DNA from: Octopus sinensis | Lineage: Eukaryota | DNA: 64,000 bases | Assembly: GCF_006345805.1 (NCBI RefSeq) | Contig: NC_042998.1 | Coordinates: forward strand, 48,050,001-48,114,000 | Direction of reading: 5' to 3' | Shown here: piece after piece, positions 50,238 to 62,895 of the stretch | Layout of the letters: every line of letters begins with the position of its first letter | Numbering within the stretch: the first letter of the stretch is position 1 | The notes under the pieces: model-generated | Databases searched by the model: none | The model's input: the letters and a program-made list of their open reading frames with translations, nothing else | Told to the model about the DNA's origin: nothing | Translations under genes and position numbers: made by a program

Positions 50238-51067
50238 TTAAGCATGTGTGTGAGATATAATTAACATGAAATTTCCATGGAATATTTTAATTTAGATCAC
50301 TTTAACTTTTAGCACACTGTAGGTGCATCATGTCATCATATGAATTTTCTCCCCTGTAGTAACAGGGCAGTGGCAGAGGAAACAATTCTATAGAAAATGA
50401 AGTGTGCTAAAGAATTTGTATCATAGAACTAAGGGCAGCCTCAGGTAGGTTGGTAGCAAAAGGGTTAAGAAAATAGAGTTTGTTTCAATTGTTATTTCTA
50501 GGAAGGAAAGTGACACTTGATGGTACAATTATAAATGGGAAGAATCCTGTTGTAAAACAATTATGCCAATTACTCCCACAATATGCAGGCTGACATGGAA
50601 GTGTAGATGTGAAAAAGAAGGCTGTACAACATAGCTCACCAAAGCATGTTCTCATGACAAAGTACTGTAAACAACACAAATAGTTTTCACATTTGACCTG
50701 TCAAAGAAAGAATTCTAATGCAGAAATAAGAAAACAGATCCATCATAGATTCCTGGCAAAGGTAAAGTTTCCTTTTCAAATCACAAGGGTTGGTTTCCTG
50801 GTTTCATGGCATATATATATGCCCCCACCTGGATAGGATGCTGGTCCATTGCAGGGTTACTTATTTTTGCCAGCTGAGTGAACTGGAGCAACGTGAAATG
50901 AAGGGTTTTGCTCAAGGACATAATGCATTGTCCAGTCCAGGAATCAAAACCACAATCTTACGATCACAAGCAGAAGAGGGAGGCCTAGAAAAAGCAGAGG
51001 AAAATGAGACTGAATTTAAGGAAGGCAATGACGAGGAGCCCCCACGACATAGAGAAAGACAGTGTTG

Positions 51068-51501
51068 GGATCTTTTCGGTTTGAACGGCAGTTTTTAACA
51101 TAATTTCTAGATAACTAAAAAATTTTAAAACTTCGTATACTGGTAGAATGTGTTTATAAAACATCTTTTTCTCTTAGCTTTAAATTAGAAAATTCTATTG
51201 TTTGTAAGATATTTGTTGTTTTTTCTTCAATTTCTGCAATTTCAACCAATCAATGACGTTCATTGAGGTAATAAACATTCTGTGCCGTATGAATATGTCC
51301 CTCGTTTAAGAAACAGATTGGGTTTATTTACATTTGTGAAGAAAAAAAAGATACCCTTCCCCCCACCCCTAACCCTCACCCTAACTAACCCTAACCCTAA
51401 AACAGATTGAAATGCAATAGATCGATACTAGGGTCATAATTATGGGTGACAATTTCATATGACACCGCTAGAAAAAACTGCCGATCAAACCGAAAAGATC
51501 C
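51068..51501. mobile_element. MITE with GG-initiated ~29-bp TIRs and 8-bp TSD (Merlin-like)
   Basis: CAGTGTTG|GGATCTTTTCGGTTTGAACGGCAGTTTTT ... AAAAACTGCCGATCAAACCGAAAAGATCC|CAGTGTTG; internal (CCCTAA)-like repeats near 51366-51400. Superfamily assignment is inference. Confidence 0.8.
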
Positions 51502-51690
51502 CAGTGTTGGAAACGATAAACGCCTAGGAAAACCGGGTTTGATAATATTTGTGTGTGCGTGTGTACACAGAGAGGGAGAGAGGAGAGTGACCTCTATAAA
51601 TTTAATAAAATGTAGGCTAAATTAGATATGCAGACATACATCACACTTAACAGTAGAAGCAAAATTATTTTCCATTAATTCGGAATTTGT

Positions 51691-51729
<39 letters not shown>

Positions 51730-51858
51730 AGCATTCACTGCATCACCCATAAACTTATCTCAATTCATTCTACTGACTCGTTTGGGTTATTTCCCCTTAG
51801 CTCATTTTATTTTTAACAGTAGACATCGAGTGACACTAACGTATACATACATGCATTA

Positions 51859-51891
<33 letters not shown>

Positions 51892-52479
51892 AACATAACT
51901 CATAAACAAATAGCTGGCGGCCAGACACAGAAAAATAGCAATCCTTAAACCGATTTGACTGACACCCCACCCGAGCTAGTAGAGCGACAGAAAAACTTGA
52001 CAAACATCGTCAGCCTGCTTGCAAAAAGAGTAATTCCCTTGGTACAGAGACAACCACCTCACCACCCGCCACCGTATTACAGCTCTCCCCACCTCTCAAC
52101 ACACATGACCCACACACACAATATCAATAACACCTTACACTCTAGTTCGAAACCCGCCGCATCGTTGTGCACCTCTTTTACGCGCCGTGAGACGACGAGA
52201 AAGGAGGAGATAGGTACAAGTACAAACATAACACACTACACATATTTTTACAGTTCACAAGCGAAAATATACACACCAACGTTATATATCCATCCATCCA
52301 TACATACATACATGCAAATATACATACATACATACATACATACATACATGAAGAAGAGAGGGTATGTTTATGCGTATATACTTACATACATAAAAATATT
52401 TTCGGGGTACACACACACATATATATCAATAAACGTATGTATATTACATAAACATATACACGTCCCAACAGAATATATA

Positions 52480-52519
<40 letters not shown>

Positions 52520-53142
52520 CACACACATTGTATATGTATATATATATACATAGACACACACATTGTATGGGGACGTGTATATGTTTATGTAATATACACA
52601 CGTGTCCTATATATCTATATATTCATATACACTCACACGTGTCTATACATCTATATAGTTAAACACACACATCACACATGTATACAAAGATGAACGCATT
52701 CTTGTACGCGGGTGCTCACGTTCTCTCTCCCCCCCTCTCCCCCTCTCTCTCACACTTTTTTTACTTTTTTTTCTCTCCCTCCCCTCGCCCCCCCCCCTCC
52801 ACACCACCCCACCAAAAAAAACCCCACCGTTTCTTTCACACACATCCATCAAAAAACCACGTAGACAAGACACAGGCACGCAAACAACACCCACCCACCC
52901 ACCCTCACCCCACCCGACCTTACCTTCCCTTCCCTTCCCACCCCCCTCCGTACCCATTACACATGCACTCGAACTAATAATGATTAGTCACATCAGCCGG
53001 TGGGAGTTCGAGACTGGACGGCTTTCCGTGGGAAATTTCGGAGCTTTCTTCAAACACCCACCAACAACATTCTCTCACTCTCTCTCTCTTTCTCTCTCTC
53101 CCTCCCACCCGCTCTCTTGCTCTCTAGACTAGCATCACTTAC

Positions 53143-53183
53143 CACAGATATTACACTCATAGCATCTGTGCGTTAGGGGCAAA
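53143..53183 (-). other. candidate host-gene exon (41 nt)
   Basis: Acceptor CGCTTCTCTTAATCATTTCAG| and consensus donor TG|GTAAGT; one frame open (LPLTHRCYECNIC), another gives MSVISV from an internal ATG. Confidence 0.35.
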
Positions 53184-53552
53184 CTGAAATGATTAAGAGA
53201 AGCGATGGCGATGGTGGTCTATTTTATTTTTTTATTTATTTATTGGTTGGTTGATGCTGTCCTTGTTGTTATTGTAGTTGTGGTCTGTAATACGAGACAG
53301 TACTGCAGGAGTCCATATAAGATAGCACAAGTAATATGTGATGGTGATGGTAGTAGTAGTAGTGGTGGTGGTGGTGGTACTGCTGCTGCTGTCTTAGGGC
53401 CTGGGCACACTGGGCACTTGCCTGAAGCCCTCTCAGGTTTAGGGGACCAAGACTTACTGTCAATAAATGAATACTATAGGCCTCAGTGCAAACACTTGCC
53501 TGGGGTCCAGTAAGTCAACTGGCAATATTATTATTATTATTATTATCATCAT

Positions 53553-53585
<33 letters not shown>

Positions 53586-53918
53586 CAGCAACAGCAGTTA
53601 GTGACGTTGTTTAACACTAGGTCAGCTTTGGCCAAGCAAACCTAAGGTAGACCATAGGTGTCCTGCTCAGAATCATCTCATCCTGCCAACCCCTCACTTC
53701 AATATAAATATATACAAAGAGCTACCAATAGTTTCTTGTTGTGAAGGACATGTATTTAGGCAGGTTTTATAACATACCTTGGGTCTTCTTGTTGATCTTA
53801 CCTTAATGGAGCAGTAAACTATATACACACACACACAGAGGTTTTATAACATACCTTGGGTCTTCTTGTTGATCTTACCTTAATGGAGCAGTAAACTATA
53901 TACACACACACACATACC

Positions 53919-53949
<31 letters not shown>

Positions 53950-54063
53950 GTATATATATATATATAAGGGAAAGTTTATGAAAATAAACAAAAGATGAAG
54001 GCAGATGGAGTACAAACAAACAAATGTATTAGTATAGCGCTCAGGAATAGAAATAGAAAAAGT

Positions 54064-54099
54064 CTTTTACGTTTCGAGCCTATGCTCTTCGACAGAAAG
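54064..54099 (-). ncRNA. 36-nt minimal hammerhead-like motif in a repeat terminus (about 53975-54140)
   Basis: CTTT-CTGTCGAA-GAGC-ATAG-GCTC-GAAA-CG-TA-AAAG: stems I and II intact, ACGT palindromic stem III, non-canonical core (A6 to U and one extra A). Confidence 0.35.
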
Positions 54100-54199
54100 A
54101 TACACAGAAAAAAACAAGGAGAGAAAAAAATGCATGTAGGAGCTATATATATATGAGTGAGTGAACAAATAAAAGAAAGTGGTACTCAACACATTTTGT

Positions 54200-54488
54200 A
54201 AGAGTTGCCAGTGCCGCTTGACTGGCTCCTGTGCAGGTGGCACGTAAAAAGCACCATTTGGGCATGGCCGTTGCCAGTACCACCAAACTGGCTCTCAAGC
54301 CAGTGGCATGTAAAAGCACCCACTACACTCTCAAAGTGGTTGGCGTTAGGAAGGGCATCCAGCTGTAGAAACACTGCCAGATCAGACTGGAGCCTGGTGC
54401 AGCCTCCTGGCTTCCCAGAGCCCGGTTGAACCGTCCAACCCGTGCTAGCACGGAAAACGGATGTTAAACGATAATGATGATGATGATT
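54200..54488 (+). mobile_element. short RTE 3'-end copy with (GAT)n tail
   Basis: Same 3' UTR modules as 42050-42432. Confidence 0.85.
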
Positions 54489-54489
54489 T

Positions 54490-55060
54490 ATATAATGAAG
54501 GAAATTGTAGTATTCAGGTGCACTACAACTAAAAGAAGAAACCCATCAGGTGTACTGCTGGCAGATTTCAGGAAGCATGGAAGTTTTGAAGGATGTAGTG
54601 TCTTGATAGCTAACAACTGATGCAGGTAGTTTATTTCATGCTTCAGCAATTCTGAGCTTGAAAAAAATGTTTCTGAAAGTCAAGAGTGCTGTGTTGTTTT
54701 TTGATTTTATAAGCATGTCCGCGAATGTTTGTCACATGGAATTCAAAAAGGTGTCCAAGTTTGTTGTTGGAAAGATGGTGGATAATCTTGTTGATGTCTA
54801 CCAAGTTAGTTCTTAGACATCTGAGTTTCAATGTATCCATGCTCAGGGAAGCAAGACGTTCAGAGTATGGTAGTTGTCTGATGGTGGGTATTCATTTTGT
54901 TGCATGTTTCTGAACAGTTTCCAGGAGATTTATAAGCTGAGCAAGAGAGGGGTTTCAGACTGGTGATGCAAATTCCAAGTGTGGATGTACCATTGTCGTA
55001 TACAATTTTAAACAGACAGCTGGAGAGACATATCAGTAAACTGGACATCGTGAAATTACA
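54490..55060 (-). mobile_element. CR1-group LINE 3' fragment
   Basis: DTLKLRCLRTNLVDINKIIHHL..NIRGHAYKIKKQHS.LDFQKHFF matches the CR1 ORF2 C-terminal RGH..K..FF..RV..WNxLP region. Confidence 0.75.
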
Positions 55061-55250
55061 CAATTCATATACATACATAAAAACATCATCATCATAAACA
55101 ACAACAACATCAGCTTTATTTAACATCTGCTTTCTATGACAAGTCTTACTGAAGGCTGCTGCTCTTAAACCATTTTGATACCAACCGGCTAAAGACTACA
55201 TTTGTATCATAGAAATTTCATACTATGTTCCAAACACCAGCTTCTCAACA

Positions 55251-55998
55251 TTCTAGCCCACTTCCGTTGTTTACAGCAGTGCTTAGAAGTAACATGTGAT
55301 CATTGCATCAAGCATGACGGAGAAAATTGAGCAGAGAATCTACATCAAATTTTGCCAAAAGCTCGGTGATACCGGCTCAGAGGCCTACACAAAGTTTTCT
55401 AAAAGTTTTCATTGTTCTCGACACAATCAAGGCGATCCTGTGCAACTGAAAACCGGGGGTCTTTTTGGTCAGCTGAAAGCAGTTTTGGCACAAACTTAGC
55501 AGGCATGCGTCTCACGTTCAAATCTTCAGTGATAACTGTAACTAATCTGCACATCCTCTGATAACTCACAGATGATGATTCAACAATTTTCCCTCACAGC
55601 TCCATGCACACCTGCAATGTTTTTCTCAGTTCTACCAATTGCAGGTCTTCCAGAACATTCATCACTAGCGACATTCTTTCAGCCATCTTGGAAACGTCTG
55701 AACTACTTGCACACTTGTGTGCAAGTCATACACTCATCTTCATACACTTTCTGCAACTTTGTGCAAACCTCTGAGCTGGTATTGCTGTAACAACTTTTTC
55801 TGTCATGGTCAATGCGACGATCACGTTACACATGTTAATTCCAAGCACTGCAGTAAACAGGGAAAGTGAGCTGCAATGTAAAAACTTAGTGTGCATGCAC
55901 AGCAGTGGTGAAGGTCAATCTGTGCCGAGTGGCTTCACTCTGTGTGCTTTAGTTTCTTTACTATGGCAACAGTCCGGATACTTATTGATCAGACCTCG
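55251..55998. mobile_element. mariner-derived element with inverted left ends, same family as 14321-14902
   Basis: Right end GTCCGGATACTTATTGATCAGACCTCG|TA; plus strand MTEKIEQRIYIKFCQKLG; minus strand YEDECM..FRRFQDG..SGRP..ELSEDVQISY; left TIR lost. Confidence 0.8.
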
Positions 55999-57745
55999 TA
56001 TAATATACACAGATGATAGGTTTTATGCATTTATTAAAGGCTTACATATGCTTCTGATAAATATTGGAGGGGTCTAGTTACTTAGTTCATTGTATTAATC
56101 AATCAATCAATTTGTGCTCGATTGACTGATAATTAACAGAAAAGAGACCCACACCTTTATCTTCCTCAGTGATGCAATGAACTGACTATGAAAAGAAAGG
56201 AATTTGACCATGTGTGTGTGTGTGCATGCGTTCACATGCACACATGCACAATGGTCTTTCATACAGTTTTCATTTACAAATTTCGTTCACAAGGCGTCAG
56301 TTGACAGTGGGGTCAAAGTGGAAGTCACTTTGCTGAAGGCGCTGCAAAGCGAACAAGAACTTGAAAACATATGATTATTAAGCAGACTCCGTATTTACAC
56401 AACCATAATGTAAGATCCAGATTACCCAAAGAATGCTTCTGATCAATATTCTACCCAATCAGGAGTTGACCAGGGCTAAATATTAACAATAATGACAATA
56501 AACGCCACCATCAAAACAGTAGTTAGACAGAGTAAAACAAGAGAGGAGCAAGTAAGTGTTAGTCTTTTAGTAGACGCCTGTGTGGGTGGTACTTGCTAGT
56601 TAAGTGTCTGGGCAGTGAAAGAGTTGTTATTTCAGTTCAAGCTTCCAATTTTACAAATTAAACAGTATAGAAACTACTTCAGTTACCATTTTTTTTTTTA
56701 CTATTACACTCAGCAACCATTCTCAAAGTTACAGTAGGCATATGATAATTATGTAATATCTGACATAAAACTCAATGGTTGAGACCAATATAAGAAAAAA
56801 AAATTAAGAAACTAAGTTTTAAAAAAACAAAAACACAGAACAAATCAAAAATGCCATCCTTCATTCATAAAATATTAAAATGAATCATGCGTGTGTGCAC
56901 ATATGTATGCATGTGTGTATATGTGTATTTATGAAAGGGAAGGAAAGAAAAGAAATTTTATGAAAATGAAAACTGATAGCAGCAAAAAAAATGTATATAA
57001 AAAAAAATGAAAAAAAATGCATTTTTGCATTATAATCAGAAAATATATCCTATCCTAACAATTTGACCAAAGTTAGTTAATTTTCTTAGACCCTTTTAAA
57101 ACCAGTTATTCCTTCCTTCCTTCCTTCTTTCTTTGTTTCCTGCTTTCTTTCTTTTTTTTTTCTATTCTTTCTTTCTTTATACTAGGTCAGCCCAAAACAG
57201 TTTAACATTAGTTTTCCTTAAAATATTGCAACTCCAAATTTCATAAACTACAAACCACCTTTCCGAGACAGTGGACAAAAAGCACCTCCTTGCTTACCCC
57301 TGATTGCGTAGCACCTTAAAATTTGATACATTTGCAAGTAGCTTCTTTGATTTCAGCTTGTCTTTCCAAGTCTCTCTCTCTCTCTCTCTCACTTTCTTTC
57401 TTCCATTAAAACAACTGTGAGAACCAGATGATACAAGAATTCCCAGCAGCACCCAGTCTTTGAGCGAATCAGTGTAGAAAATGTAGCAGGCTGGATATAG
57501 ATATTTGACGGACACCTACTTATTAGATTCCATATTGTATGTATTTTTAACTCAAACACGGCTTAAACTATTATTCTATATAGACCATACAGCACTCTAA
57601 CTCCTACATGTTACACAAGAACTAATGCTAAATGACGTCTCACGAGGGAAAAATAACAATGTGCAGTCATTAGTTTGGGCTAGTTATTTCTTTCAGAATT
57701 TTCTCACTCTAACTGAAGCATCAATTTTCCAAAACCTTAGCACAA

Positions 57746-57780
<35 letters not shown>

Positions 57781-57789
57781 AAGGGGGAA

Positions 57790-57821
<32 letters not shown>

Positions 57822-58280
57822 TGATTTCTTTATTAACCACGAGGGTTTACATTAAGAAAAACATTATGGACAGACATTTGCATTGTGTTTATCTAAATTA
57901 TTTTTGCAGTAGTTCAACTATGAACATCCAAACAGGCTCTAATTATTTATCTACTTCTCTCCCCCTTACGTAACTCTTTTGTCTTTTATAACAGCTGATA
58001 ATGCTTTTGACATGCAAGTTGTCAAAACTGATTCACACAAAAACAGAAATCTGTCACTAGTTACACCTCAATCAAGCATTAACCTTTATGATTTTCTCAA
58101 CTTCGCGACTATGAGCCCCAAGCCCCTGAAAGCTTATTTGTGTTCAGTTCTTATTTTTTCTCTTATGCTTAACCATATATTTATTCCAATACTAGTCAAG
58201 ATGGCTAGCCTTTCAGTTAAAGGAATCTGGAAATAACCCTGTCATATTGAAATTCAAATCTTTCTCTCTCTTGTAGTTAA

Positions 58281-58890
58281 ACTCTTCAGCATTTAAACTG
58301 GTCATATCTGGCCAAAATATTCTACCTGTCCTTATGTTCAAAATGGCCAGATCCAACGTCTCACACCTACCCTAGGATGTCATTCTAAAAATATACAACT
58401 GCATCATTCAAATTTAGAAGTCATCAGATAATGCATAATTAATTCAGAACATTGTAAATAAACTAGCAGTATCGCCCGGCGTTGCTCGGGTTTGTTTTGA
58501 CCCTTTAGAATTGGAATTTTTTAGAAGTAAAAATTTTGCATTATGTAGCTTGTTATTCTCTTTAAGTGAGCATTTTTCTGTTTGAAATACACCAAAAAAT
58601 GGCGACACAGCAGTAAAAAAATTGTAAAAAATAGGGATTTTCATAGAAAAAAAGCACCTTTTTGATGTAAATAATTTTTGGTGTTAACATGGTTGATTTG
58701 AATTTTTTCTTCTACAGAAGGAAGAGCAAGCCTTCTATCATACCCTCAATTTTGGTCAACTTGTGCCACGGGGTCTCGGAGGAGATAGTGTTAGTTGAAG
58801 GCTACCAAACCTGCCATACACAGACAACTTCAATTTTATATATATAGAGATAAGCATTACATTTGACAGAATAATTTGAATGCTAAAGGG
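58281..58890. mobile_element. piggyBac-like MITE split by a Helitron insertion
   Basis: TTAA|ACTCTTCAGCATTTAAAC ... AATGCTAAAGGG|TTAA; removing 58463-58850 restores TGTAAATAAATAAGCATTACATTTGAC. Confidence 0.75.
58463..58850 (-). mobile_element. non-autonomous Helitron (388 bp)
   Basis: Minus strand A|TCTCTATATATATAAAATTGAAG ... hairpin CCCGAGCAACGCCGGG, 8 nt, CTAG|T; no TSD. Confidence 0.9.
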
Positions 58891-59019
58891 TTAACTGCTT
58901 TTGATGAATAATTGGCTTTTTTCTCACATCAAACTAAGTAAAGTTATGGTTGCCCATGCATACAGCCATATCCCCTGTAAGCCATTCCAGCTGAGCATTC
59001 CTAATCTTGCAGGCTCATG

Positions 59020-59266
59020 GGTGCTGGTGCCACATAAAAGGCACTCATGCTGGTGCTGTGTAAACACACCCATACCCGTGCTGTGTAAGAAGCACCCTGT
59101 ACACTCTGTAGAGTGATTGGCATTAGGAAGGGCATCCAGCCAAAGGAACCATGCTGGAACAGACAAATGGAGCCCAGGCAACTCTTCAGCCGTCCAGCTC
59201 CTGTCAAACTGTCCAACCCATGCCAACATGCAAAACAGATATTAAATGACGACAATGACGACGACA

Positions 59267-59298
<32 letters not shown>
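59020..59298 (+). mobile_element. decayed RTE 3'-end copy with (GAC/GAT)n tail
   Basis: GGCATTAGGAAGGGCATCCAGC..GTCCAACCCATGCC..ATGGA-like segment and tail. Confidence 0.75.
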
Positions 59299-59299
<1 letters not shown>

Positions 59300-59678
59300 A
59301 TGAATTCTTGTACACACCCATCTTTTGATTGTCACAGACTGCTAATTATCCTACATTATAGTTATATCAACTTGTGATGCCTTGCTTCCAGTTCACCATC
59401 TGTCTCTTTAGTCTAAAATACTTGATGCCTTTCATCGTCTCTCCATCACAAGTTCACAACAAACCAGACATGCAGTCTTTTTGCTCCACACACACACACC
59501 CACCCACCAATTCTATGGTTATTATATTTATTATCATATTTGTATGTTTTTCCCATTACTTTTCTTATTTATAGTTACAGCTCAATTTATGGTACTTTAT
59601 CAGTTTAACATGCCTAGTTTCCTCTTCAGTGCAACAGTAGATTTAAACAGCACCTTGCATACAGCAGAATACATTTAA

Positions 59679-59899
59679 CCCTTTCGCATTTAAACTGGTC
59701 ATATCCAACCAAAATATTCTACCTGTTTTATGTTCAAACTGGCCAGAGTTGGCCTCTCTCACCTACCCTATAATGTCATTTTAAAAATAAATAATCACAT
59801 CATCGAAATTGCAAAGCTATGAGATAGTGCATGACCAATACAAAACAATGCGAAGTGAATAAGCATTACATTTGACAAACTAACCTGAATTCTAAAGGG
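59679..59899. mobile_element. piggyBac-like MITE
   Basis: TTAA|CCCTTTCGCATTTAAAC ... AATTCTAAAGGG|TTGA. Confidence 0.75.
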
Positions 59900-60212
59900 T
59901 TGAATTTGTCTGGACTGTTCTCGGATGGCTAACAGATGGAATCATTTAACTTTTATCTTTTATTTGTTTCAGTCTTTGGACTATTACTTGTTCTATCACT
60001 CACTTTTTTGCTAAACTGCTAGATTATAGGACACGAACAAACCAACATCAGTCATCAAGTGGTGTGAGTGCGTGTATGGAAAAAGGGGCAACAAATACAA
60101 ATACAAAGATGCACAAAGGAAAAAATAAAGAGAAAAAACCCAAATGTGTATAGAAGCTAGAAAAAGTCATTTGCCACAAGTACTTTCTTTAATTCTTAAG
60201 GGTCACCGCTTA

Positions 60213-60881
60213 ATAATGGTTGCAAGTTTTGGCACAAGGTTAGCAGCTTCAGGGGAGGGGTTTAGTCAATTACATTGACACCAGTGCACAACTGGTACTT
60301 ATTTGATCGATCCCAAATGGATAAAAAGCTAAGATGGTTTCAGCAGAATGTGAACTCAGAATGTAAAGGCAGACAAAATTGCTGCTAAGCATTTTGTTTG
60401 GCATGCTAACGATTCTAATGGTTCTCCTATTTGAATATTGGTTTCAAATTTCGGCACAAGACTAGCAAGTTCAAGGGAGGGATAAATCGATTACATCAAC
60501 CCCAGTGCTTGACTGGTACTTATTTTATCAACCCCTGATAGGATGAAAAGCAAAGTCGACCTTGGCAAAATTTGAACTCAGTACATAGAGAAAAACCATA
60601 CGTCTCTAAGCATTTTGCCCAGCGTGCTAATGATTCTGCCAGCTCACCACCTTAACCTAGCTTAGTAATGGTTTCAAATTTTGCCACAAGAACAGCAATT
60701 TTGGGGGAGGGGATGTGCCGATTACATCGACCCCAGTGTTCAACTGGGACTTAATTTATCAACCCCAAAATGATGAAAGGCAAAGTTGACCCCGGCGGAA
60801 TTTGAACTCGGAACATAAAAATGGACGAAATGCCTCTAAGCATTTCACCCGGTGTGTTAATGATTCTGCCAGTTCGGCGCC
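60213..60881 (-). mobile_element. three head-to-tail SINE copies (GGCGGCGAGCTGGCAG family)
   Basis: Three bodies at about 60213-60415, 60430-60651 and 60671-60881; the third is flanked by a 19-bp direct repeat. Confidence 0.8.
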
Positions 60882-62504
60882 TTAACCTAGCTTAATAATG
60901 ATAATTCAAAGTAACTACAAAAAAATGGAAAGAAAACACTTTGAGAAAACGTGAGCAGGGGTAGATGGGGATGATAGGAAGGGAAACAACTCTATATTTT
61001 AAAGAGCATCTTGTTCCTTTCACTCCTAATATTTTCTTTAGACCTCATGGGTAGTTAGCACTAATATGTTACCCAATTTAACATTGCCTTGAGGCCCTTG
61101 GATGCTTTTAACAGAGTCCCTCCTGTTGTAAACAATTGTATTGGATTTCTCATCTGAGGATATCTTGATCAAGGCTAACCAGGGTTCAAACAACAACAAA
61201 CTAACAACAGAATCTAGAGTCTCTTTGTGCTCAAGTCAACCCAACAGAAATGGCAACAAAATCTCCCTCAAATGAACCTTATTGTCTTTGATAAAGAAAG
61301 GACAGACTGGATAATGAAATCTGAGATACAGACCAAAAAGGCATGGATGGAATGCCCTTAATTATTGATGTTAAACAACAACAATAATAAACATTGTCTC
61401 TAGGTCACTGACCATTAATGATTTCTGTTACTGTAACAACAACTTGTTCGCTCCCATCTTGAAGCCACACAAAACTGATTACTGGGCAGAGATATTTATC
61501 CATACAGACATACATGCATACATGTATATATATGTGTGTGTGTGTGCGTGCATGTGTATATATATATATATATATATTCATAGTGTACTACTAACATACT
61601 TCAACACTATTTGTTTAACATTTTCTGCACTATTTATAAACACAGTATACTTTCATTTTAAACATATGGCATTTATTTTATAAAGCTACATTCAAGTTTA
61701 CCTTAAAATGTTCAACACACCCTGTTTTAATACTCACAAAATGCCTTTGATCACTTCAATATCTAACCCTATGCCAGACACACACACACACACACACACT
61801 TGTGTCTTCTACTTAAATATTAATTGGAGTCCTTACATCACCTTCTAATCTGTTTTACTCTGGAACAACCTCTCTCATCATATATACTTTCTTTGCCTTG
61901 CAGAATTTTTGATGACATAAAGCCTAAATAATCTTCCCATGAATTTATTCCAAGAGCTTGAAAACACAACTCGTATACTTTCTCAATGAACAAATGCAAT
62001 AAAATAAACATTTCCATTAATTTACCCACATGTAAATCCCAATACTTTATTTCATCTATTTATTTTTTATATTATTTCATTTCCCTTACTGTTTATTTCA
62101 CATGTGACTTATTTTTCTGGTTTAGAAAGTAGATGGCTTTCACAAATGTTATTTGCTTATTATTGGAACGAGTTGTTTACAGTCTTTTCTTCTCATCCTC
62201 CCAACCGCTACAGTAATATTCCTTGCCTATGGACATAACACAATGGCTGCTGAAGCCAGCGAAGAATTCTCTAAGTCAAGCATGGGCAACCTTCATCAGG
62301 CAGGCAGCACTACTAAAAGAATTCAAGGTGATTTTTATAAACCTTATTTTCTTAGTGAGAAGCCATTCAAATTATTCCACAAGCCTCAGACTGCCCAAGA
62401 CTGCTCTAAGTGGTTGCTCTACATGCTGGAAAGAGCAGCCAAATATTTCTCAAACCACACAGAAGAAATGACACATTGGATAATGCAGTCAATGTAGTCT
62501 TTTA

Positions 62505-62687
62505 TCTTTTACCCTTTACCTGTTTCAGTCATTAGACTGCAGCCCATGCTGGGGCACCACACTGAAGACATTTTCATTGAATGAATCAGCCCCAGTACTT
62601 ATTCTACTGGTTTCTTTTACCGAACTGCTAAGTTATGGGAGAGTAAACACTGCAACACTAGTTGTCAAGTGGTATCAGGGGACGGAC

Positions 62688-62754
<67 letters not shown>

Positions 62755-62895
62755 GCTTCTTTCCATTTCCGTCTGCCAAATCCACTCACAAGGCTTTGGT
62801 CAGCCCGAGGCTATAGTAGAAGACACTTGCTCAAAGTGCCACACAGTAGGACTGAACACGAAACGATGTGGTTGAGAAGTAAGCTTCTTACAACA
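62505..62895 (-). mobile_element. SINE (GGAGTGGCTGTGTGGTAAG family) with long internal (CA)n
   Basis: Homologous to 48086-48491. Confidence 0.8.

Noticed and set aside
51955-52662. 235-aa plus-strand ORF
   Set aside because: Mostly (CA)/(TA)/(CATA) microsatellite translation with no recognisable domain.
52995-53015. GGAGTTCGAGAC B-box-like motif (possible tRNA/Pol III gene)
   Set aside because: No A box at a suitable distance and no cloverleaf; the tRNA-like heads elsewhere in the window are SINEs, not tRNA genes.
62126-62497. 114-aa ORF in non-repeat-looking DNA behind a possible acceptor
   Set aside because: No recognisable motif and no convincing donor; could be an old LINE remnant.
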